Source of the DNA: a virus
Length of the DNA: 64,000 nt
Strand: one strand, 5' to 3'
IMG/VR virus record: IMGVR_UViG_3300030099_007533
Span: 39,547 to 103,546 of that record
The position numbers and the translations under genes are program-made. The notes below the pieces were generated by a model. It saw only the letters and a program-made list of their open reading frames with translations, did not search any database and was not told where the DNA came from. Shown here in pieces: positions 1-10,050 of the stretch; the stretch's first letter is position 1; each line of letters starts with the position of its first letter.

Positions 1-872
1 GTGATACTCTCGGGCTTAAATCGATGCTTCGCGATGTCTACAGCCCTTCTCAGCCGTTCTAAGGCTATGTTAGACTTAGACACCAAACGAAGTCTCGCAC
101 CATCTGGACATTTAAAGCCTTTTGGAATTCTACCCGTCTTTGTTAAGTTGATTGTAATAAAAGGTTTTGGGTTTACAAAGTCAAACTTTTCTCTTGTAAA
201 TTCTGTCTTTGACTTAATATCCCAGATAAACATACCCTTATCTTGGGTTTCACCAAAGTTTTGTTGGATAGTTGAACCAGCATAGGCAATTGTGCCTTCT
301 TTGTTTAGAACCTGTGTTTTGTGAATATCGCCAAGCATTGAATAATCGCAATCATCAAAGATTGAAATGTCGTGCTCCCCGTGTTCCATAACAAAACCAA
401 TATCTGTTCGGCTATATTTGATCGCGCCGTGATAAAGTCCAATGTTAATCTTGTCAGGATTGCTTGGCTTGACCCAATTTTCTTCATCAAATACTGATAA
501 GGTGTTAAGACAAAACTCATCATTCAAGTGAGTTTCGCCTGCGTTCTTTAATAGATGTAGGCTTGGATGGTTCAGAGCGTCTACAATCGGTGTAATGGCA
601 TCTTGGCGGTAAGAATTACGCAAATTACCATCGTGATTGCCCAAAATAACGTAAGTTGGGGCAATATCTGCCATATTTTTGAGAAAATCAGAGCATAATT
701 CAACAAATTCTGGTGAAATTTGTGTCTTTGTATGGGCAATATCACCGCAATGGATGATATAATCAACCTTCTGATCCTTCAAAGTTTGGTATAACTGTTG
801 AAAAACAGCCTTATATTCTTTGTGATATTTTAAATTTTTTATGTGTGTATCTGCTATATGGGCAAATTTCAT
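1..872 (-). CDS. Mre11/SbcD-like (T4 gp47-like) metallophosphoesterase nuclease, 3'-truncated by window edge
   Basis: Absent from the ORF track because no stop lies in the window. Manual translation from ATG at 872 (ATGA overlap with primase stop) gives MKFAHIADTHIK...IIHCGDIAH...ILGNHDG...LYHG...MLGDIHK...YAGS, the full phosphoesterase motif set. Confidence 0.9.
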   Translation of the reverse strand, partial: MKFAHIADTHIKNLKYHKEYKAVFQQLYQTLKDQKVDYIIHCGDIAHTKTQISPEFVELCSDFLKNMADIAPTYVILGNHDGNLRNSYRQDAITPIVDALNHPSLHLLKNAGETHLNDEFCLNTLSVFDEENWVKPSNPDKINIGLYHGAIKYSRTDIGFVMEHGEHDISIFDDCDYSMLGDIHKTQVLNKEGTIAYAGSTIQQNFGETQDKGMFIWDIKSKTEFTREKFDFVNPKPFITINLTKTGRIPKGFKCPDGARLRLVSKSNIALERLRRAVDIAKHRFKPESI

Positions 873-1807
873 GCAACCTCTTCTATTAACTGATACAGAA
901 AGTTTAATCCCCCCATATCAGTTGCGTTTTCTATCCTCTCTTCTACAACTTCTCTTGGCATTGTGGCAATGTCCTCATAACCAGAAGTATCAACCTTTTT
1001 AACATCAATGCCATAATTCAAAAATAACTCAATTATTTTTTTCTCTTTTTTATGTGCGTCTTCATCCAACGCAATATAAACTGGTGTCCTATTCTCAACA
1101 ATCCTTTCAAACAATAAATGATCCGACTTAATTGTTGACCCCAAAATTGGAATTGCGTTCTGTCCCACACGCATTGCATCAAAAACACCCTCAACGATTA
1201 TTATAGGACGATTAAAGTTGATTGTCAACTCGTTAAAAATCATTGAAGACTTTGATACTTTTGGGTTCTTATATTTTGGAAAGTCATTAGCGTAAGTTCT
1301 GGCAATAAAATAATTTAAATCGCCTTGTTCATCAAATGAGGGGACAATAACTCTACCTTTATACTCGCCTTTTGTGCAAACGCCAGCTTTCATCCTAAAA
1401 ATCTGATCGTCGTCGTAACCGCGCTTACGCATATATTTTAATGCTCTTTGCCTATGATAAGATCTGCCGGGTGCAAATAAAGGAACAAACCCCTCTGGTA
1501 GAAAGATAGTTTCTTTTTTAACTTCTACTTTTTCTCCATAAAGAATAAACTCAATGTTCTCAAAATTTAATTCACGATCCAAGCCCCAATCTTTAAGGTC
1601 TTCTGTTGTTCCGAACTTCTTTACCAGAAAATCAATGGATCTGCCAGATGAATCACAAACCCAACACTTCCATACGTTTTTGTCAAGGTTGACGGACATT
1701 TTCTTTTTGTGGTGATCACAAAAAGGACAAGAGAACAACATCTCATTGTTGCTCTCATAATAATCGCCCAATATCTTTCTTAAGATTTTTTGTTCTTTTG
1801 TTGCCAT
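869..1807 (-). CDS. DNA primase (Zn finger + TOPRIM)
   Basis: CPFC...WKCWVC zinc finger; GRVIVP; IVEGVFDA and ALDEDA TOPRIM motifs. Confidence 0.9.
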   Translation of the reverse strand: MATKEQKILRKILGDYYESNNEMLFSCPFCDHHKKKMSVNLDKNVWKCWVCDSSGRSIDFLVKKFGTTEDLKDWGLDRELNFENIEFILYGEKVEVKKETIFLPEGFVPLFAPGRSYHRQRALKYMRKRGYDDDQIFRMKAGVCTKGEYKGRVIVPSFDEQGDLNYFIARTYANDFPKYKNPKVSKSSMIFNELTINFNRPIIIVEGVFDAMRVGQNAIPILGSTIKSDHLLFERIVENRTPVYIALDEDAHKKEKKIIELFLNYGIDVKKVDTSGYEDIATMPREVVEERIENATDMGGLNFLYQLIEEVA

Positions 1808-2310
1808 GTATCAAAACCAGCTTTGGCAATCACCCAACTATCTGCCTTATCATAACTGTCTGGGCGTGGATTACCTTTGTTGGTATATTCTACTACAAAC
1901 TGTGGCTCGTTGTCAAGCACAAATTGAAGTACAACTGGCTTGGCTTTAGTACCTCTTGGTACTTTTATCCCACAAATTCGCCTAGCTGAGACCGCAGCAA
2001 GGTACTCTGGTTCTAATTTAAATAAAGTAAAACAAATCCAACTAATCACGCCATTAAAGCGTGAAAGCGTTGAAAGAGTTTGTGCAGATGAAAATCCCGA
2101 TCTAAACGACTGTAAAGACTGTTCTATGTATATCTCTTGAACCGCGTAGGATTGTCTCAGAGAGATTAATTTCTCCTCAACCACCCCTACTTTGGTAAAA
2201 AAGTTTTTGTACTTTCTTGTGTCAATAGAGCCGTATTCTACAAGATTTCCACTGCCATCAAGGACTGTGTATCCTGTGATGCTGGTTGAAATATCTAATC
2301 CTAATATCAT
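1780..2310 (-). CDS. RuvC-like Holliday junction resolvase
   Basis: ILGLDISTSITGY, IYIEQ and DKADS acidic catalytic motifs. Confidence 0.85.
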   Translation of the reverse strand: MILGLDISTSITGYTVLDGSGNLVEYGSIDTRKYKNFFTKVGVVEEKLISLRQSYAVQEIYIEQSLQSFRSGFSSAQTLSTLSRFNGVISWICFTLFKLEPEYLAAVSARRICGIKVPRGTKAKPVVLQFVLDNEPQFVVEYTNKGNPRPDSYDKADSWVIAKAGFDTWQQKNKKS

Positions 2311-3650
2311 AAATCTATTTTTAACTTAAAGGTGTAATCTGTGCTATTTGTTTTAGTCACAGGTTTTGCTAATTTAGCAGTTCCTATAAGTATATCATTA
2401 TCATCATAAATATTAACCTTTGTTATGAAAGTTTGATCCTGATATGATGCAGAATAGTTTGCAAACGAGCTTGAGATTGTATTTTTAACCTCTATATATT
2501 CTTTTTCACGATAAACCGTAGAACCCGTTTCTGCAACAGCAATTTCTTGATAAGTTGATCCTGTTGCAAAGTTTCTATCCACATATGTTAAATTATTGCT
2601 CCAGTTAAATTCATTTTTATCTGCGTGTGCAAACATTGTAAGAGTTGGAATAGTGTTTGTGCCCTTAAATTTCAATTCATATGATGAAGATACTGGCGCA
2701 TAGCTTTGGGAAAAAACAGAGTCGGTCGGCTGAATGAAAGATTCATATGCTCCAAAATGTGCCCATTTTGGGTTATCTTTCCAAGCGTCTTGAAGTGTCA
2801 CTGCGCCGGGTCCTTTTATCGTTGTGGATGTACCTGTAACCGGACATAAATATCCATCTTGCACTGAACTGTCAAGACTATAATTACCTGTTAATAGTAA
2901 AATGCCCTCTTCGTATAAAACTGTTCCGACCACCCCATTAGTTCTTGGTCCGAGTGTCTCAATTATTTCACCATTTCTTTTGTTATCTTTAGCTGTTCCA
3001 ATAAGTGTCCCAGTAACATAAAAATTAAGTTCTAACGAACCGGGCTTAATTCTTTGAGCTTTAAATATTTCTGGAAATGAAAATAGCGCCATGTATTTTT
3101 GGCGTGGGGATGCCGCCCCCTCTATACTTGCTGCATTTGGAACTATATCTCCCAATATATAAAATTTCTTAAAATCAAATTTGGGACTACGCACCCTACC
3201 ATAGTCCATTACATTTTCAATAGCTATGAATTTGTGTACTGTATTCCTACTCGAAACTCCATCAATAATATCAAATCCGTTATAAGGGGCTGAACCATTT
3301 CCTATCAATCTCTCTCTGGTGACAAAAGACGTGAACGGGTATGCACCTGTAATTTGTGTGCCTGCGGCGAGTTCCAAATACTCATTAGTCTCTATTGTCC
3401 CAGTGACGTTATTGAAAACAAAATCATTTAAATTTTCACCTTTAATAATGAAAGGTTGAATTAAGTCACTCCCTTGAATCCTGTCAACATTAAGCTCGTA
3501 TAAAGAAATCGAACCACTTTGGACTCTATTGCCATCAGTTTGTCTGTTGTTAATATAAGATTGGTTAAAATAATATTTAAGAGTGTTTTGCGGATATGTT
3601 TTTACTGTATTGTAAAATATATCATCTGGTCCAAATTTCTTTTTTGGCAT
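2307..3650 (-). CDS. Virion structural protein (baseplate/tail-collar-like C-terminus)
   Basis: C-terminus FITKVNIYDDNDILIGTAKLAKPVTK...FKLKIDL is paralogous to that of 3662-4738; last gene of the tail module. Confidence 0.65.
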   Translation of the reverse strand: MPKKKFGPDDIFYNTVKTYPQNTLKYYFNQSYINNRQTDGNRVQSGSISLYELNVDRIQGSDLIQPFIIKGENLNDFVFNNVTGTIETNEYLELAAGTQITGAYPFTSFVTRERLIGNGSAPYNGFDIIDGVSSRNTVHKFIAIENVMDYGRVRSPKFDFKKFYILGDIVPNAASIEGAASPRQKYMALFSFPEIFKAQRIKPGSLELNFYVTGTLIGTAKDNKRNGEIIETLGPRTNGVVGTVLYEEGILLLTGNYSLDSSVQDGYLCPVTGTSTTIKGPGAVTLQDAWKDNPKWAHFGAYESFIQPTDSVFSQSYAPVSSSYELKFKGTNTIPTLTMFAHADKNEFNWSNNLTYVDRNFATGSTYQEIAVAETGSTVYREKEYIEVKNTISSSFANYSASYQDQTFITKVNIYDDNDILIGTAKLAKPVTKTNSTDYTFKLKIDL

Positions 3651-3661
3651 TTTTTCATCTC

Positions 3662-4738
3662 TTAGTAGTCCAATCTTACACGAATTGTCAAATCATTTGA
3701 AGGAGTTTTCTTAATTGGTTCGCTCAACTTAGCTGTTGCGACCAAAGCTCCATCGGCGGCATATAAGCCAACCGCTGTGATATAAGAAATAGGAGAATTC
3801 TCTGGATTGTTCTCTTTAACTCTAATTTGACTTGCTGATAAGTATGTGGGGTTAGAACTAAAATTAAATTCACCCGCGCCCGCCCGACAGAAGTACACTG
3901 TTGAATTCAACTCTGTTGAGTTGTTAAACTCAATATTATTAATTCTTTTTCTTAGAGCATCAGCAAGCTGTTCAATTGTACCTGATTCAATACTGCCGGT
4001 ATAGGTCAAATGTTGGGGTGAAGTTGTTGAGGATTTCACCCACTTAATGTGATCCGCGCCGCCTGTTTGGGGTTTGCCAGCAAGATTTATGGTTGCAGAT
4101 AAGTCAAGAACAGCAACACCAGCTTGATAATAAATTATTCCCAATGCATCGTTGTTCTCAGCCGCCGAGTCTGTTGTAGAAGAACCACTTCTTAAAATAC
4201 CATATTCGCCTGCTGGTGAGTTAGTATCATTAAAAGAAGATGTCGCGCCATAATCACCAATATGAAAAAGGTGGAGGTGCGGATTATAGTAATCGGTGCC
4301 AAGACCAAGCGTAAGTCTAAAAGTTCCTTTTTGGATTTCATCCTTACCAAGAAGTCTTGCAAGATTAATAAAACCGGGAGTTTGAATAACGGTTGCTGTC
4401 TCATCATATGAACCAGACACCTTAAAGGGGGTAACCGAAGCAGTCACGTCATAGCCGTATAATACCTGAGCCATTTCATGATATATATTTGCTTTTTCAA
4501 CGCTCTGGGATGCAACAGTCTGACTATTGATACCATATGTAATATCAAAAATATGGTTTGCAGAAGAACTTAAAAAGGGATAATCGTAGACAGATTGAAA
4601 CATTCCATGGGAATAATTTTTAATGTTGTCATCATTATAAGTTCCTGAGAGCAAACTTCCAGTAACTGGAATTGTCTCATGTAACAAAGTTTTAAGTGTT
4701 GTTATTTCTTCATTTTTAAGTGGTTTTAATGTGCTCAT
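3662..4738 (-). CDS. Virion structural protein (baseplate/tail-collar-like C-terminus)
   Basis: C-terminus YITAVGLYAADGALVATAKLSEPIKK...RVRLDY; Ser/Thr/Gly-rich; tail-module context. Confidence 0.65.
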   Translation of the reverse strand: MSTLKPLKNEEITTLKTLLHETIPVTGSLLSGTYNDDNIKNYSHGMFQSVYDYPFLSSSANHIFDITYGINSQTVASQSVEKANIYHEMAQVLYGYDVTASVTPFKVSGSYDETATVIQTPGFINLARLLGKDEIQKGTFRLTLGLGTDYYNPHLHLFHIGDYGATSSFNDTNSPAGEYGILRSGSSTTDSAAENNDALGIIYYQAGVAVLDLSATINLAGKPQTGGADHIKWVKSSTTSPQHLTYTGSIESGTIEQLADALRKRINNIEFNNSTELNSTVYFCRAGAGEFNFSSNPTYLSASQIRVKENNPENSPISYITAVGLYAADGALVATAKLSEPIKKTPSNDLTIRVRLDY

Positions 4739-4750
4739 TATTATTTCCTA

Positions 4751-5719
4751 TTAGCTTGTGGCTCTAACAATTCTAACTGGAACATCTATTGTTATTCCGG
4801 TTCTACCACCGGATACTCTTACAACAGTGTCAATTACCTTTGCGCTGGTTGAATCTGGGAAAAAGTCTGCTACAGTTGTTCCAATCTGATCAAACAAAAA
4901 ATCACTTGAAGCGATTGTTGATGGAACCACAAAAGATGTTAGAAGGCTTTTCCCTCTTGGACCCTGTATTGGACTAAACCCAAACTCTGACGACTCGCCT
5001 GAAGCAGCCTGTCGTAATGAAGCCTCTAATGTAACATACGTTGCGATGTTGTCAGTGTCCGTAAATGATTTTGGAAATTGTCGCGCTGTAGTTGGGTCAA
5101 CTGGGACCAATAGTCTGTCGTCAGACTGAATAAAAAATTCTGTTTCACTTAGATCAGGGTCTAAGACATTTTTAAAAGATAGTTGTGTAGTATCAAGCCC
5201 TTGGTCAATAACAATTGCCCTATTAGCAGCGCGTTCAACGTTAACTCCATTAATAAATCCATCTGGTAGAAAATTAAAACCGGTTGTTAAAGCTGATGTT
5301 GATGCTACATATTTATCAACTGCCAACTGGTTAGAGAGGACTACAAAACTATTAGTTGTTTTGGCGTTAGAAAGACTGGCATAGGGAAACCCCGGAAATT
5401 CTGATGAAGAACTCTTCAAGTTTAATCTTGCAACTGGTAAGAACAAAGTTTGATTTCTTCCGCTTAAAGTTAGTAATTTGTACTTCATCGCGGAGGAGCT
5501 ATTTGTGAAAGCCTCAAATACCGGAGTTTTTAAAATGTTTATATCCTTCTCTGCTGTTGACTTTGTTGTATCATAAAGTTTGTAATTAATTTCATCATCC
5601 CCAAAGGCAAAAAAAGAAATTTTGAATGAACCATCGGCTCTTGCTAATCTTTGACGACCAATATCTGTTAGAACCGCGTCTAAAATAATATCGCCACTGT
5701 TATCTAAAAAACTTGACAT
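4751..5719 (-). CDS. Virion structural protein (tail-collar-like N-terminus)
   Basis: N-terminus DAVLTDIGRQRLARADGSFKISFFAFGDDEINY; AGGAG RBS upstream. Confidence 0.6.
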   Translation of the reverse strand: MSSFLDNSGDIILDAVLTDIGRQRLARADGSFKISFFAFGDDEINYKLYDTTKSTAEKDINILKTPVFEAFTNSSSAMKYKLLTLSGRNQTLFLPVARLNLKSSSSEFPGFPYASLSNAKTTNSFVVLSNQLAVDKYVASTSALTTGFNFLPDGFINGVNVERAANRAIVIDQGLDTTQLSFKNVLDPDLSETEFFIQSDDRLLVPVDPTTARQFPKSFTDTDNIATYVTLEASLRQAASGESSEFGFSPIQGPRGKSLLTSFVVPSTIASSDFLFDQIGTTVADFFPDSTSAKVIDTVVRVSGGRTGITIDVPVRIVRATS

Positions 5720-5737
5720 GCTTCTCTCCTAAACATA

Positions 5738-5746
5738 ATAAATAGT
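5738..5746 (-). promoter_or_regulatory. Candidate phage late promoter ACTATTTAT
   Basis: Intergenic, 18 nt before ATG 5719; the same motif recurs in other gaps. Confidence 0.55.
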
Positions 5747-5780
5747 TTTAAAATGCAAAATAACTTTATTCAGCATTCGT

Positions 5781-8333
5781 TTATTCTTCATCCACCCTAT
5801 AACTAATAAGTACCTTGTCTTTTGTTGTCTGGTCTAAATTAAGAACCCCCGCATTTTCACTTGCTTCTTTAAAGTTCTTTTTATAAATAATATTAAAATC
5901 AACTTTTCTGCCAGTTTTTTTAGAAGTTAATCTAATCTTAAACTGCGGTCGTGTCTCCGTGACAGGCGAAAAAACAGTAGGACTCAAATATCCAATTCCA
6001 TTTTTTTCTGGGTTGGGGGCTTGTTGTAATAACGCTGGTTCAATCCTAAATTTATTTCCAAAATTCAACTCTTTTGTTCTTTTTTCTTTACTTGACAAAT
6101 CATCATAAAGTTGAATTATTGGGAATATTGTGCCGCCGTCGTCAACTATCTCGACCTCGTATACTTGACTAAAATAAGATTCTAACCCTGTATAAGATTC
6201 ACTTTTTGAAGCAAAATAATATTTTGTATCTGGCTCTATGTTAACAACTTTTCCATAACCTTCTGAAAAAACATCTATTTTTTTAAATAATTTTAAATCA
6301 TTTAGATCTTTTGGTGGAGTTTTTGAAAAATATATTTTTATGTTTTTTAATACTTGTTTGAAAAAATACATTTGTTCTTCAATTGGGTTTACAATCCCCT
6401 GTTGTTTTTCATAATATTCTTTTGCTTCTTCATAGCCCTCTGTCCAAAGTTTTTTTGGAACATTTTTTGTCACAACACCACCAGAAACAAGATTCTCAAA
6501 AATAAAAATTAATTTGTTATTCACACCTGTGATTGGAAACACGTTCATAAAAGTCGGTAATGGCGGCAAATCAACAAAAGAAAACTCTGTATCTACCTTA
6601 GATTTACCGACTTTTTTTAAGGAATTTTTTGTGAATCCGCTCTGTTTTGCTTTTAAGCCTATAGATGTGTAGTTCGCAGGCGAATTTGTTACAACAACTT
6701 CAGCGCTATATTTATATTCATATGTTTCTTGTTGGATCAACTCTTGCAATTCATATCCGTATTTTGTTCCATACCTTACTTGTGAATCGTATAAAATGAA
6801 ATTATTTTCCTGTCCCAAATTATCAACTACAAAGTAAGATTGCGAACCATCATTGGAGAAAGTCGCAGCAAGTCTTTTTTTCCGAACAATATTTCCAACA
6901 CTAAGTTGTCCAAAAAACGGAACAAAGTTTCTTGATAGATCAAGCGTTGAAGTTGTGTTGGCGGATTCAATAATGTTGGACATGAGTTTAATAAGACTTC
7001 CATCCAAGAATGTATCTAAATCCTTATCAACAAGGACATCAAAAAAGCTTTTTCCTATGAGCGTCAAATATAAATTTTGTTTGTATAGTTTTACAGTTTT
7101 ATCAGTTGCGCCTATTATTTGAGATAAAGAAATACCATTATCAGCCTGTTTTGGGATCGCAGTATTGTTCTTGATACTTAATTCATTATAATAAGGTAAC
7201 GATAGATTAATTCTAAGAATGTTTGATTTCACGTTTTCAATATCAAATATTTGATTTTGGGCGGCGGTCCAAGATAAAACACTTGTTTGGCACCCCAACC
7301 CACCTTCAGGCACATCTTTATTTAAAATATTGTCATTGCCTTCCTTATAAAAAAGCCTTAAACCGGTTTCAACTTTATCAGCAAGGGCGTTTTTGCACTT
7401 TTTAACCTCTTTTGGTGTGCTAAAAAACTTTTTTTCTGATTCAGGCACATTTTGTAAACTATTATTAAAAAATGGAGAGTTTATATAATTTACCGTGCTA
7501 AACCCTTCTATTGAAGAAGGCGGGTTTATTTGCAAATAATTATTTTTATTTTCATAAGTTCTTTTATTAACTTGGTCTTTTATAAGCCCTAATAAGGCTG
7601 GGAAACCAAAACCCGGATTCTTTAAATAATCTAATAGTGGTTCTTTAGGATTGCCTGTTGCATAATAATCGCACAGGAAAAAAGCAGCTAATGTCAAAGG
7701 TTTTGCTGATTCCGCGTTACCTTTGAAGGTTAAATCGTCTCCAGTCTTTTTTTCAATATTGTAAGAAAAGATCTGTGAACACCAAAGCCAAAAATAATTT
7801 TCTATTAATTTTAATTGTTCATCAGTCTGTTTTGGTCCTGATGTATGGCTTATCGCTGTACCGCCTATTGTTTCAATAAATTTTTGTTTTATTCCCTCTT
7901 CATCAAGGATGACTGGTTCTAAATCTTTTAAAACTTTTTCTATCGCCAAATTAGTGATAAAATTTATATCTGTATCACCCGAGAGCCGATAATCAAATAC
8001 CAAGGTGTTATTGTTTAAATTAAAATTTGGTGCCCAAACATAGTTTTTCATAAAGGCGATTGGGTCCTCAAGATATTTATTTATGTCAAAAAAGTTTCTT
8101 AAATTTGTTATGTTGTAATCTTTATAATTGGTAATTGTAAATTTTGGTGAATAAAATTTTTCCTCTTTAACTTCCGGTGGGGACGCCTCAGAGGCAAATT
8201 TGTCAACCTCTGTTAGATCTATAGTTTCAAAATCTATCTTTAATTCATCTTCTTTTTCGGTTGAAAGGCTTTCATCTGTTGGATTTTCGGAGCCGTAAAG
8301 AACATTTTCAACATTTTCTATTTCTATTGTCAT
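5781..8333 (-). CDS. Hypothetical 850-aa protein, probable virion protein
   Basis: Long ORF within the structural operon; C-terminus FKIRLTSKKTGRKVDFNI; beta-rich segments. Confidence 0.55.
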   Translation of the reverse strand: MTIEIENVENVLYGSENPTDESLSTEKEDELKIDFETIDLTEVDKFASEASPPEVKEEKFYSPKFTITNYKDYNITNLRNFFDINKYLEDPIAFMKNYVWAPNFNLNNNTLVFDYRLSGDTDINFITNLAIEKVLKDLEPVILDEEGIKQKFIETIGGTAISHTSGPKQTDEQLKLIENYFWLWCSQIFSYNIEKKTGDDLTFKGNAESAKPLTLAAFFLCDYYATGNPKEPLLDYLKNPGFGFPALLGLIKDQVNKRTYENKNNYLQINPPSSIEGFSTVNYINSPFFNNSLQNVPESEKKFFSTPKEVKKCKNALADKVETGLRLFYKEGNDNILNKDVPEGGLGCQTSVLSWTAAQNQIFDIENVKSNILRINLSLPYYNELSIKNNTAIPKQADNGISLSQIIGATDKTVKLYKQNLYLTLIGKSFFDVLVDKDLDTFLDGSLIKLMSNIIESANTTSTLDLSRNFVPFFGQLSVGNIVRKKRLAATFSNDGSQSYFVVDNLGQENNFILYDSQVRYGTKYGYELQELIQQETYEYKYSAEVVVTNSPANYTSIGLKAKQSGFTKNSLKKVGKSKVDTEFSFVDLPPLPTFMNVFPITGVNNKLIFIFENLVSGGVVTKNVPKKLWTEGYEEAKEYYEKQQGIVNPIEEQMYFFKQVLKNIKIYFSKTPPKDLNDLKLFKKIDVFSEGYGKVVNIEPDTKYYFASKSESYTGLESYFSQVYEVEIVDDGGTIFPIIQLYDDLSSKEKRTKELNFGNKFRIEPALLQQAPNPEKNGIGYLSPTVFSPVTETRPQFKIRLTSKKTGRKVDFNIIYKKNFKEASENAGVLNLDQTTKDKVLISYRVDEE

Positions 8334-8335
8334 TA

Positions 8336-10039
8336 TTAAATACCACTTCCTACAATGTAAAAGTATGAATCGTAAAACTCTTCATAATTATCAAGTCGCG
8401 CCAATATTCTCTGCCCCGGCTCTATAAGATCTAAAACTTCTTGTGTTAATTTTTTAAAATTTAATGCAGAAACTGTTTCTCCAATGTTGTCTAAATAAGA
8501 CACCTCAACGTCTTGTTCCTTCGTTGTTACAAGCTCTAAAATGCTTTGAGGAATTTGAAATCCGATTTTTTCATCCCTTTTTTGATCTGAGTCTCCACAA
8601 TTAACTTTATTAGTTAAACCACCCTGATTAATTTCATCCTCCTTGGTGGATACAACTGAAAAGACTGGTATGGCTTTTAAATTGTTAATTTTTTTAAACG
8701 ATTGTGCAAGAGCGCTTACATACTTTTTATTGCCATCTTCAACATCAGCGGATAAAATACTTTTAAAAAATGTTTGGTTGGTTAAGTTAAAAAACTTGTT
8801 GTTTTTGTCGCTTTTTATTTTTATTTTTTTCTCAAAATTTTGCTCAAAATAATTTGGAAAATAATTTGACGAATAAAAAGAAGGCTTTGTGTATTGTGAG
8901 GATATATGTTGATTTGCCACGACTCTTTCTGTTGCGGAGTCAAGTTTCTCTGAAATTAAAGATGTAATTCCACCAACTAAAAACTCAAAGTCAGCATCAG
9001 AAATTATTTCATAATTGTCAAATAAGCTCTTATATTCACTTGGTATTTGTTCGCCAAAAAATTGTGAAATAATATTAACGACCTCTTGTCTGTTTTTTTC
9101 TTGTTCGGCTCCCAGCATTTGTGTTAGAAGCTTTTCTGCAATGCCAATTGTTATGTCATTAAAATATAATATAATTTTAAGCTCATAATTTGCAAATGGA
9201 TTTAATGTCGGTGTAAAAAAATTGTAAAACTTATATTGATCAGTATTTTGTACTTTAAGTTGTTCAACGCTTTGACTATCAACAATTGCAAGAATATCCT
9301 CAAATTCGTATCCAAAATTTGCTGAATCATAAGTTGAAATTTGCACTTTTGTAGATATTAAAAATTGAGTAAATTGTTGTTCATCTTCTATTTGAATTAA
9401 ATTCGGAAATTTTGTTCTTTCATTAATAAATTTTTGTGCGTCTAAGACATAAAATCCATCAAGATTGTTTTGATTTGAAAACGAGTAAAGAATATCTGAA
9501 GTGTAAGAATTTTCTTTTATAAAATCTGATATAGTCGTTGAATCGCTTTGTTTAAAAACTTGTAGATCTTTTTGCGATACTGATGTGTTTTCTGTTTTAT
9601 CAATTATGTCTTGCCTGTTTACCGAAAACAGAAAAACTTGTCCTGTTTCTATCCCATTGCCAGTTAAAGAAATTAGTATTTTAAAATTTTGACCCGGCGT
9701 TTCTTTCAAATCAACCCTGATGGATCGTATCAACTCTTCAGCCTTAAAAATTATTTCATTTTTATCAAGAGAAAAAAGTTTTTTCCTTGCCGACTTGTTC
9801 AGGATGGACGGAAAGCCAGACTTTTGTAAAGAGATCAAATCATTTTCAGAAAGAGACATAATTTTTACAGTGTCAAAAAACTCATTAATGTTTGTTATGT
9901 TTAAGTCCAAATATAATTTGCCATCTACTTTATAAATATTTGAAGCACTAACGGATGTATCCGCTTCCTCCAATGGAAAAACTTGAATACCAGTTAGATT
10001 ATTTTTTGCTTCAAAATATTTTGTATTATTAACAATCAT
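8336..10039 (-). CDS. Hypothetical 567-aa protein, probable virion protein
   Basis: Long ORF coupled within the structural operon; no recognisable motif. Confidence 0.5.
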   Translation of the reverse strand: MIVNNTKYFEAKNNLTGIQVFPLEEADTSVSASNIYKVDGKLYLDLNITNINEFFDTVKIMSLSENDLISLQKSGFPSILNKSARKKLFSLDKNEIIFKAEELIRSIRVDLKETPGQNFKILISLTGNGIETGQVFLFSVNRQDIIDKTENTSVSQKDLQVFKQSDSTTISDFIKENSYTSDILYSFSNQNNLDGFYVLDAQKFINERTKFPNLIQIEDEQQFTQFLISTKVQISTYDSANFGYEFEDILAIVDSQSVEQLKVQNTDQYKFYNFFTPTLNPFANYELKIILYFNDITIGIAEKLLTQMLGAEQEKNRQEVVNIISQFFGEQIPSEYKSLFDNYEIISDADFEFLVGGITSLISEKLDSATERVVANQHISSQYTKPSFYSSNYFPNYFEQNFEKKIKIKSDKNNKFFNLTNQTFFKSILSADVEDGNKKYVSALAQSFKKINNLKAIPVFSVVSTKEDEINQGGLTNKVNCGDSDQKRDEKIGFQIPQSILELVTTKEQDVEVSYLDNIGETVSALNFKKLTQEVLDLIEPGQRILARLDNYEEFYDSYFYIVGSGI

Positions 10040-10050
10040 ATTCTACTTCC

